NCBI GenBank assembly: GCA_046536775.1
Contig: JAWDMD010000021.1
Coordinates: forward strand, 1 to 7,560
DNA length: 7,560 bases
Reading direction: 5' to 3'
From: Candidatus Nanopusillus sp.
GTDB lineage: Archaea; Nanobdellota; Nanobdellia; Nanobdellales; Nanobdellaceae
Shown: one piece after another, positions 1 through 5,494 of the stretch
Position numbering within the stretch: the first letter of the stretch is position 1
Layout: the number at the start of each line of letters is the position of its first letter
Translations under genes and position numbers: made by a program
Notes under the pieces: model-generated
What the model saw: only the letters and a program-made list of their open reading frames with translations
What the model was told of the DNA's origin: nothing
Databases searched by the model: none

Positions 1-4
1 CCAA

Positions 5-105
5 TGCCGCCGCGGGGATTTGAACCCCGGACCTCCTGGTTTCTCACAAACTCATCGATTTTATAGGTTATGAGCCAGGCGCTCCAACCCCTGAGCTACG
101 GCGGC
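5..105 (-). tRNA. tRNA-Met(CAT), elongator type, interrupted by a 28-nt intron at the canonical 37/38 position
   Basis: Reverse complement of 5..105 reads GCCGCCG-TA-GCTC-AGGGGTTG-GAGC-G-CCTGG-CTCATA[28-nt intron]A-CCAGG-AGGTC-CGGGG-TTCAAAT-CCCCG-CGGCGGC-A. This gives a 7-bp all-Watson-Crick acceptor stem, a 4-bp D stem, a 5-bp anticodon stem and a 5-bp T stem with a TTCAAAT loop. The anticodon is CAT, the spliced length is 73 nt, and CCA is not encoded. G1:C72 argues against an initiator tRNA. A CAU anticodon could also belong to the agmatidine-modified tRNA-Ile2, which sequence alone cannot exclude. Confidence 0.9.
41..68 (-). other. tRNA intron, a bulge-helix-bulge type substrate for the archaeal splicing endonuclease
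   Basis: The intron RNA is ACCUAUAAAAUCGAUGAGUUUGUGAGAA. Intron nt 23-26 (UGAG) pair with C32-A35 (CUCA) to form a 4-bp helix. That helix is flanked by two 3-nt bulges, U36-A37-A(i1) and A(i27)-A(i28)-A38, each containing a splice junction. The anticodon stem forms the outer helix. The inner helix is weak (only C(i2):G(i22)). The exact junction is ambiguous by a few nt because AACC is repeated at both borders. Confidence 0.75.
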
Positions 106-127
106 TTAATAAATTCCTTATTTTTAA

Positions 128-135
128 TTTTATAA
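128..135. promoter_or_regulatory. Candidate shared TATA box for divergent tRNA-Met and rps11
   Basis: TTTTATAA contains the palindromic core TTATAA (130..135, centre 132.5). The centre lies 27.5 nt from the tRNA-Met 5' G (105) and 26.5 nt from the A of the rps11 ATG (159). On the minus strand the adjoining AATAAT (137..142) fits a purine/A-rich BRE-like pattern. The AT-rich background makes chance matches likely. Confidence 0.35.
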
Positions 136-158
136 GATTATTTATAATTTTAAATTTA

Positions 159-554
159 ATGGCTGAAAAGGATAGATGGGGTATTGCATACATATATTCA
201 AATAAAAATAATACCGTAATTCATATTACAGATATAACTGGTAGAGAAACAATTGCATTTAGTTCTGGTGGTAGGGTTGTTTTAGCTCAAAGATTAAAAG
301 GTACACCAACTGCTGCAATTTTAGCTGCAAAACAGGCTGCTCAAAAGGCTTTAGAGAAGGGTATAAATGCTGTTCATGTTAGGGTAAGGGCACTTGGTGG
401 ACATAACGGTCCTTGGGTTCCTACACCATCTGCACAATTTGCAATTAAAACATTAATTACTTCAGGATTGAAAATTGGTGTTGTTGAAGATATAACTCCA
501 ATACCACATGATCATTGTAGAAGGAAGGGAGGAAAAAGAGGAAGAAGATTATAA
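159..554 (+). CDS. rps11: 30S ribosomal protein uS11 (S11P)
   Basis: 131-aa ORF. WGIAYIYSNKNNTVIHITDITGRETIAFSSGG and the C-terminal EDITPIPHDHCRRKGGKRGRRL match the archaeal/eukaryotic uS11 signature (..WGIAHI.SSFNNT.. / ..DVTPIPHDG.R..GGRRGRR.). Length is typical. Confidence 0.93.
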   Translation: MAEKDRWGIAYIYSNKNNTVIHITDITGRETIAFSSGGRVVLAQRLKGTPTAAILAAKQAAQKALEKGINAVHVRVRALGGHNGPWVPTPSAQFAIKTLITSGLKIGVVEDITPIPHDHCRRKGGKRGRRL

Positions 555-555
555 A

Positions 556-560
556 TTTTT
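556..560 (+). terminator. Oligo-T tract directly after the rps11 stop codon (candidate archaeal intrinsic terminator)
   Basis: TAA at 552..554 is followed by A then TTTTT. Archaeal RNAP terminates at oligo-T runs. Such runs are common in this AT-rich DNA, so specificity is low. Confidence 0.3.
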
Positions 561-616
561 ATAGAATCTTCTTTAATATTTTCTTAATTATTCTCTTTAT
601 TGCATATAAATAAAAT

Positions 617-1690
617 CTAATTCTTTCCATTTGCTTTTTCCTCTAAAAATTTTATCAAATTTTCTATATCTTTTTCATATATTAATCCACCAGCTGCCTT
701 TGGATGTCCTCCGCCATTTATTCCATATTCTTTTGCAAATTCCCTCATTAATATTCCTAAATCATATTTTCCAGATTGGTTCCTTAATGATATACTATAT
801 CTTTTATATTTTCCCTTAAATAATCTTCCAAATAATTTTTCTTTTAAAGATAGTACCAATATTATTTTTTCAGGATAAAATGATGATAAAATTGTAGATA
901 TAACTGAAGATTTCTTCGCTTTAAATACTAATAATTTTTCAGATTCATATATTTTTTTAGCGCTTTTTAATCCTTCGTAATATTTTATTGCTTCATTCTT
1001 TAATTTTCTTAAATCAAATTCTTTTATAAATTCTTCAATATTCAATGCCTTATCAATATTTTTCGATATTTTATATGGATAAGATATTAAGAACAGATAA
1101 AAGTACAATATGTATGGAACATAAAAATATTTGCCATTATAAAATCCGTTGTAATTTTTCAAGAGATCATCTAATAATTCATTATCATTTTCTAACATAA
1201 AATCTCCTACAGCTCCAATAGATGCTAATATTGAATATTTTGAAAATTCTTCACCGAACAATATTTTTCCAATCCTATATGATATACTTGTTGTGCATAT
1301 TTCTAAATTAAATAATGCTCTTACATCAAAATATGTTAAATTTTTTGGTAAAATTCTTGGAACTCTCCTTTTATGATGATCTAAATATATTATCTTTATT
1401 TTTTCATGTCTTTTAGAAAAATTAATTAAATATTTATCATCCATTGGCGTGTCTAGAAATATTATTGTATTTATTGTTTTCTTATTAAATATTATTCCAT
1501 CTAATATCTTTATTAGATCTAAATTATTTTCCCCACCAATTCTAAAATATTCCATATATTCTTTATTTAATTTTTCTAATATTATTTTCATTAATCCCAA
1601 TGACATTTTTCCATCTAAATCAGAGTCTGCTACTATTAATATTTCCTTATCTGAATTTTTTATCTCTTCTGCTATATCTGAAAAATCCAT
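617..1690 (-). CDS. DHH/DHHA1-family phosphoesterase with all catalytic motifs intact (RecJ-like or NrnA-like nuclease/phosphodiesterase)
   Basis: 357-aa ORF with motif I DSDLDG (aa 22-27), motif II FLDTP (aa 78-82), motif III LDHH (aa 103-106, encoded at 1373..1381), motif IV GAVGDF, and the DHHA1 motif GGGHPKAAGG near the C-terminus. Confidence 0.88.
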   Translation of the reverse strand: MDFSDIAEEIKNSDKEILIVADSDLDGKMSLGLMKIILEKLNKEYMEYFRIGGENNLDLIKILDGIIFNKKTINTIIFLDTPMDDKYLINFSKRHEKIKIIYLDHHKRRVPRILPKNLTYFDVRALFNLEICTTSISYRIGKILFGEEFSKYSILASIGAVGDFMLENDNELLDDLLKNYNGFYNGKYFYVPYILYFYLFLISYPYKISKNIDKALNIEEFIKEFDLRKLKNEAIKYYEGLKSAKKIYESEKLLVFKAKKSSVISTILSSFYPEKIILVLSLKEKLFGRLFKGKYKRYSISLRNQSGKYDLGILMREFAKEYGINGGGHPKAAGGLIYEKDIENLIKFLEEKANGKN

Positions 1691-1696
1691 TTAATA

Positions 1697-1704
1697 TTGA
1701 AATA
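1697..1704 (+). promoter_or_regulatory. Candidate TATA-like element for tRNA-Thr
   Basis: TTGAAATA differs by one mismatch from TTTAAATA. Its centre (1700.5) is 27.5 nt upstream of the mature tRNA 5' G at 1728, the same spacing seen for tRNA-Met. Confidence 0.3.
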
Positions 1705-1710
1705 CAATAA

Positions 1711-1718
1711 TATTTAAA
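1711..1718 (-). promoter_or_regulatory. Candidate TATA box for the DHH phosphoesterase gene (leaderless mRNA)
   Basis: The minus strand reads TTTAAATA, a consensus-like archaeal TATA. Its centre (1714.5) is 24.5 nt upstream of the A of the ATG at 1690. Confidence 0.4.
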
Positions 1719-1727
1719 AATATAGGA

Positions 1728-1798
1728 GCCCCGATAGCTCAGTGGTAGAGCAGTGGACTCGTAATCCACAGGCCCGGGTTCAAATCCCGGTCGGGGCT
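1728..1798 (+). tRNA. tRNA-Thr(CGT)
   Basis: GCCCCGA-TA-GCTC-AGTGGTA-GAGC-A-GTGGA-CTCGTAA-TCCAC-AGGC-CCGGG-TTCAAAT-CCCGG-TCGGGGC-T. All four stems are fully Watson-Crick, the anticodon is CGT, the variable loop is 4 nt and the discriminator is U. Length is 71 nt with no intron and no encoded CCA. G+C is about 60 percent in a much more AT-rich context. Confidence 0.93.
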
Positions 1799-2459
1799 AT
1801 CTTCTGTATCTATAATAATTTCCATAATAGTTTCCGTAATTATATCCATAATAGTTATAATAATTACTATTGTTTTGTTGATTGTATTGCAAATTACTCT
1901 CAGCGAAATTATCAGTATTATCTTCATTATTTTCTTCTTCATTTTCTTCTCCATATTTTTCCTCTTCTTCTTCAACGAAATCTGGCACTAATTTATCTAT
2001 TATATATACTGTTAGATATATTATTGGAAAGAAAATTATTACTGAAAGAAAATTTATGTAATTAAATTCTATTGTTCCATATATGAATGGTGTAAACATA
2101 ATCTGGAAATATGAAAAAAATCCAGTTTTCCCAAGTATTTTTGCAATTTTTTTCTTTTTTATAGATGCTATTAATATAAAGATGGATAAAAATAGGAAAA
2201 ATAGTGTTATAATTAATTTATTATAATCATTAAGTTCATTATCAAGATATAAATGTCTTAACCAATCTATAGAAACCCATGAAAATATAATACTATTTGC
2301 TAATGAGTGTGAATACCTAATTTCTTTTCTTTCTACTAAAAATTCCATTGCAAACCAGGTTATATAAACTGGATATGTAATCCATATAATCTCTATATTT
2401 GTCAGTGTAGATATGAATATTGTTAAGAATGCTTGAAACAACGATACTATATCTATCAT
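1797..2459 (-). CDS. Uncharacterised multi-pass membrane protein with an acidic then Tyr/Asn/Gly-rich low-complexity C-terminal tail
   Basis: 220-aa ORF with about five hydrophobic segments (e.g. LFQAFLTIFISTLT, LIITLFFLFLSIFILIASI, FLSVIIFFPIIYLTVYII). These are followed by EEEEEKYGEENEEENNEDNTDN and then NYYNYYGYNYGNYYGNYYRYRR. I recognise no family. The stop codon overlaps the tRNA-Thr 3' end by 2 nt on the opposite strand. Confidence 0.6.
   Translation of the reverse strand: MIDIVSLFQAFLTIFISTLTNIEIIWITYPVYITWFAMEFLVERKEIRYSHSLANSIIFSWVSIDWLRHLYLDNELNDYNKLIITLFFLFLSIFILIASIKKKKIAKILGKTGFFSYFQIMFTPFIYGTIEFNYINFLSVIIFFPIIYLTVYIIDKLVPDFVEEEEEKYGEENEEENNEDNTDNFAESNLQYNQQNNSNYYNYYGYNYGNYYGNYYRYRR
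1806..1865. repeat. Imperfect 12-nt tandem repeat, about 5 units, coding for the (N/G)-Y-Y tail
   Basis: The in-frame units are gtatctataata / atttccataata / gtttccgtaatt / atatccataata / gttataataatt. On the minus strand they translate to YYRY / YYGN / NYGN / YYGY / NYYN-type tetrapeptides. Confidence 0.6.
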
Positions 2460-2482
2460 TATAATAAATAAAAAATTTTGAA

Positions 2483-2490
2483 ATATTAAA
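2483..2490 (-). promoter_or_regulatory. Candidate TATA box for the 220-aa membrane protein gene
   Basis: The minus strand reads TTTAATAT. Its centre (2486.5) is 27.5 nt from the ATG at 2459. Confidence 0.3.
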
Positions 2491-2499
2491 ATATTAATT

Positions 2500-2507
2500 T
2501 TTAAATA
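2500..2507 (+). promoter_or_regulatory. Candidate TATA box for the 203-aa membrane protein / ASCH operon
   Basis: TTTAAATA on the plus strand. Its centre (2503.5) is 24.5 nt from the ATG at 2528. Confidence 0.35.
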
Positions 2508-2527
2508 TAAATTCTAGAATAAGGATT

Positions 2528-3139
2528 ATGGGTATAAGCATATTCTATATATTGATTGTAATATTTGATATACTACTATCTATATGGAATGCATATAACG
2601 CAGGAAGATCTTTGGAATATATGAAATTAAATAACATTGAAAGTGATTGGCCAAGAATGGTTGCATATTCTACATTAATATTATCCTTTGCAGGTGCAGC
2701 ATATAGTAATACATCATTATTATCAATTGCCGCATATTATTTAGGATATATTGATATATATACATTATTAGGAGTTCTTTCATTTTCATTTTTAGTATTC
2801 GGATTTTTAATAATATTGTTTGGAATTGTTGTAACTATTAATAGTATAATTGTCGCATCAAAAACAAGAAGGTTCTTTGATATAGCTATTGCAGTATATA
2901 ATAGTATTGCTGTTATTTGGGATATATATAGTTATATAGAAGGATTTTCTACAGCATTTAGTATATTAAGAAACCAGTTTGGTAATGAAGAAAGAAATTC
3001 TCAAGGGGCATTTATTTTAATAATAATTGCTGCAGTATTGATTGCAGTATTTATGGTATATGGAGCATTTAAATACGGTAAAGCTTCTGTATATAAGGTA
3101 GAAAAAATGTCTATGCAACCATCTCCAATTGAAGGTTAA
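2528..3139 (+). CDS. Uncharacterised integral membrane protein (about 5-6 TM segments)
   Basis: 203-aa ORF dominated by hydrophobic stretches (ISIFYILIVIFDILLSIW, MVAYSTLILSFAGAAY, LLGVLSFSFLVFGFLIILFGIVVTI, FFDIAIAVYNSIAVIW, AFILIIIAAVLIAVFMVYGAF). No family recognised. Its stop TAA overlaps the next ATG (TAATG at 3137..3141). Confidence 0.65.
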   Translation: MGISIFYILIVIFDILLSIWNAYNAGRSLEYMKLNNIESDWPRMVAYSTLILSFAGAAYSNTSLLSIAAYYLGYIDIYTLLGVLSFSFLVFGFLIILFGIVVTINSIIVASKTRRFFDIAIAVYNSIAVIWDIYSYIEGFSTAFSILRNQFGNEERNSQGAFILIIIAAVLIAVFMVYGAFKYGKASVYKVEKMSMQPSPIEG

Positions 3140-3699
3140 TGAAGCATTTGCAATTTTTGGGAAAATATGCAGATGATATAATAAAAGGAAATAAAAATTT
3201 AACTATAAGATTATCAAAGGCAAATTTAAGGACTGGAGATATTTTTATTTTACATGCTGGAGGAAAAGTAATTGGAAAATTTAGGGTAAAAAATATATAT
3301 ACAAAAAAGTTATACCAAATAACAGATGAAGAGGCAAAGAGAGATGGTTATAATAATAAGGAAGAATTAATAAATGATCTAAAAAAGATATATAAAAGAT
3401 TGGATTTAAATAAAGAGGTTGCAATTATAGAATTTGAACCTATAGAAATAATAAATAATATATCCTCTGAAGAATTTGCTTGGGGTGGAAAAAAGATTGA
3501 TTTAATTGAGTTAGCAAAATTGATATTAAAATATGATGAAAAATTGAATGAAAAAGAAGGAAAATTATTAAATATATTAATTGAAAGTGGGAGTTTAAGA
3601 AAAGCTGCAATTAAATTGGGAAGATTAAATAAAAGATATTTAATTAGGAAAATATTAAAGAAAGGATTTTATAGATTAAAAGAAAAGAAAATTATATGA
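3139..3699 (+). CDS. ASCH (PUA-like) domain protein with a C-terminal helix-turn-helix
   Basis: 186-aa ORF. The N-terminal part (LQFLGKYADDIIKGNKNLTIRLSKANLRTGDIFIL...ITDEEAKRDGYNNKEELINDLKKIY) follows the ASCH pattern: (F..y.d.I..GkKt.TiR), then (vGD.), then (t.e.A..dGf.s.eeL...L...Y). The C-terminal part (EKEGKLLNILIESGSLRKAAIKLGRLNKRYLIRKILKKG) has the spacing of a three-helix HTH. Confidence 0.7.
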   Translation: MKHLQFLGKYADDIIKGNKNLTIRLSKANLRTGDIFILHAGGKVIGKFRVKNIYTKKLYQITDEEAKRDGYNNKEELINDLKKIYKRLDLNKEVAIIEFEPIEIINNISSEEFAWGGKKIDLIELAKLILKYDEKLNEKEGKLLNILIESGSLRKAAIKLGRLNKRYLIRKILKKGFYRLKEKKII

Positions 3700-5074
3700 G
3701 ATTTTCTTGTCTTAAATTTATTTTTAATTTTTTAATAAATTCTTCATAATTATTTATATCCAATAAAAAACCTCCAAAATTATCGAAACTAGAATAATAA
3801 ATTAGATTATTGTCAAATAATTTTTTCAATATATTGTTTATTAATTTTTTATTTTCATCTTTATTTGTCCTAATTATTCCTCTATAAAAATTATTTACTT
3901 TATATAGTAAAACGATAACTTTTCCATCTATTATATTCTCTTTAATTAAAAGGTTTAATAATAGAGATAAGAAATATCCGTTTCCATAATTTTTCTCAAT
4001 TGTTATTATTTTCAATCCGTTTTCATCTTTTATTTGTATATTATTATTTATTATATCATATAATAATTTTGAAAATTGTAATCTTAGATTATTTTCAGAT
4101 TTTCTCAAAATATCGACATTATATTTTTTAATGAAATATAATATACCATCTCTTTTATTATTCTCAATTAATCCTTCAATATCATATAATAATTCTAATA
4201 AATCCCCAATCTCTTCACTTTTATTAATCTTATATATCTCCCCTATTAGATCATCTGTTCTTTGTAAATTATATTTTAATTTTGATTTTATTATACTACT
4301 AACTAGTTTTTTAATATCTTCTTCAGATAAATCTCTATAAAATATACCTGCAACCCCCTCATCTTTTATATTTAATTCTTTTACTAATTCCAAAGCCTTT
4401 TCATCACTTCCAGTAATGTTTGGGATATAAAAATTAAATGGGGAACTTAATACCTTATATAAAGGTTTTGTAAATATACTTGGAAGATTTATTCCAGTAT
4501 ATTTTGATAATATTTCTCTATCAACTAATTCATTTAATATTTCATTATTTGGTTTATTAAAATCATATAAATTTCCGACTAATGATAAATATAGAATATT
4601 TTTATCATATGGATTTAGGCTTTGATATAAGTAATATAGAACATTTGATGTAGATATATCTTTATAACCATCTAAATTAAAAATATTTGGGTTAAGATTC
4701 ACAACATTATTTAATTCAATATCTTTTATTGTTAAAAAATGATGATCTATTACATATATCTTTTTATTTAAATCTTTAGCCAATTTTATTAAATCATCTG
4801 AAAATATAGATCCAATATCTAAGAATATTATATTATCGTATTCATATCCACTTTCGCCCAAAAATAAATTATTAATTTCTTTTTTACCTATATAATCTAA
4901 AAATGTTAGATGAACCTCAGAATTTTTTTCATATAAATATTTTAATAAAAATATTGAAGAAGATAGACCATCAGGATTTAGTGAAGATATAATCAAAAAA
5001 TTTTGTTTATTTTCTACTGCCTTATTTATTCTATTAGATATCTCTTCTATATAAGATAAAAACCTATTGTTCAT
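3692..5074 (-). CDS. RecJ/Cdc45 (GAN)-like DHH-family protein with degenerate motif I and DHHA1 motif
   Basis: 460-aa ORF. It has SSLNPDGLSS (aa 30-39) where DHH motif I (DxDG or PDGD) is expected, so only one of the two Asp residues is retained. Motif II FLDIG (aa 84-88) and motif III VIDHH (aa 108-112, encoded at 4739..4747) are intact. Near the C-terminus, FDNFGGFLL stands in place of the GGGH motif. Its start codon overlaps the uS15 stop (ATGA at 5071..5074). Confidence 0.8.
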   Translation of the reverse strand: MNNRFLSYIEEISNRINKAVENKQNFLIISSLNPDGLSSSIFLLKYLYEKNSEVHLTFLDYIGKKEINNLFLGESGYEYDNIIFLDIGSIFSDDLIKLAKDLNKKIYVIDHHFLTIKDIELNNVVNLNPNIFNLDGYKDISTSNVLYYLYQSLNPYDKNILYLSLVGNLYDFNKPNNEILNELVDREILSKYTGINLPSIFTKPLYKVLSSPFNFYIPNITGSDEKALELVKELNIKDEGVAGIFYRDLSEEDIKKLVSSIIKSKLKYNLQRTDDLIGEIYKINKSEEIGDLLELLYDIEGLIENNKRDGILYFIKKYNVDILRKSENNLRLQFSKLLYDIINNNIQIKDENGLKIITIEKNYGNGYFLSLLLNLLIKENIIDGKVIVLLYKVNNFYRGIIRTNKDENKKLINNILKKLFDNNLIYYSSFDNFGGFLLDINNYEEFIKKLKINLRQENLI

Positions 5075-5463
5075 GAATATCCATACATCTTTGCTATATC
5101 TCTACTATATTCAAATGTTTGTTGTAATTTTTTATTTTTCTTATAATATTTTATTAAACTTTTTATCCTATTTTCCAATTCTTCTAATTTTTTCTTTGTT
5201 ACAACATCGTTTTTATGTAATTCTAGATGTTTTAACATTTTATTTACTTTTTTAAATAAATATAATAGCTCTTCTGGTATTTCTTGTTTTAAATTTAAAT
5301 CTTTTATTGCATATTTTGCCAGCTTTTTATTTAATATTTCTTTAACCTTTATATTATATTTTTCTTTTAATTCTCTCCCAATTTGTGATGTTGTATATCC
5401 TTTATTCCATAATTCTTTTATTATATCATTAATTTGTTCTTTTGATATTTGACTATTTTCCAT
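5071..5463 (-). CDS. rps15: 30S ribosomal protein uS15 (S15P/S13e), N-terminally short
   Basis: 130-aa ORF. KELWNKGYTTSQIGRELKEKYNI, then EIPEELLYLFKKVNKMLKHLELHKNDVVTKKKLEELENRIKSLIKYYKK, matches archaeal uS15 (..LAKEGYSPSMIG..LRDQYGI.. / ..IPEDL.NL..RAV.LRKHLE.N.KD..SKRGL.LIESKIRRL.KYYK.). Confidence 0.88.
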   Translation of the reverse strand: MENSQISKEQINDIIKELWNKGYTTSQIGRELKEKYNIKVKEILNKKLAKYAIKDLNLKQEIPEELLYLFKKVNKMLKHLELHKNDVVTKKKLEELENRIKSLIKYYKKNKKLQQTFEYSRDIAKMYGYS

Positions 5464-5494
5464 ACTAGTTTAAATGATAAAAATATTAAAAAAA

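Noticed and set aside
41-68. Possibility that the tRNA-Met intron is itself a C/D guide RNA, as with the Haloferax tRNA-Trp intron
   Set aside because: The intron is only 28 nt. It contains GAUGAG and GUGAGA but no proper RUGAUGA...CUGA box pair, and it is too short to hold boxes plus a guide.
631-819. ORF-track entries 631..819(+), 1449..1694(+), 4131..4340(+) and 5067..5255(+), 62-81 aa each
   Set aside because: All lie entirely antisense to well-supported CDSs (the two DHH genes and rps15). Their translations are low-complexity Ile/Leu/Phe/Ser strings with no motifs. Long antisense open frames are expected opposite Lys/Asn/Glu-rich AT-biased genes.
880-907. ATGATGA (880..886) followed 17 nt later by CTGA (904..907) on the plus strand, which looks like C and D boxes
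   Set aside because: It lies inside and antisense to the DHH CDS. The 17-nt spacer is too long for an archaeal guide, and there is no C'/D' pair or second half. It is most likely chance.
1373-1381. ATGATGATC on the plus strand here and again at 4739..4747, resembling C boxes
   Set aside because: These are simply the reverse complement of the GAT-CAT-CAT (Asp-His-His) codons of the two DHH genes. No CTGA box lies at guide distance.
1739-2065. ORFs 1739..1975(-) and 1742..2065(+)
   Set aside because: Both run through the tRNA-Thr gene and the low-complexity repeat region. They stay open only because of the repetitive composition. The third frame (1797..2459) has the TM-protein body and the promoter spacing.
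2521-2527. AAGGATT just upstream of the ATG at 2528, as a possible Shine-Dalgarno site
   Set aside because: The spacing to the ATG is only 2-3 nt, and the TATA at 2500..2507 predicts a transcript starting at about the ATG, which would exclude this sequence from the mRNA. It cannot be decided without the 16S 3' end and TSS data.
2528-3139. Possible internal duplication in the 203-aa membrane protein (IFYILIVIFDILLSIWNAYN against FFDIAIAVYNSIAVIWDIYS)
   Set aside because: Only about a quarter of positions are identical over about 24 residues of hydrophobic sequence. This is not distinguishable from compositional similarity between TM helices without a profile-based repeat test.
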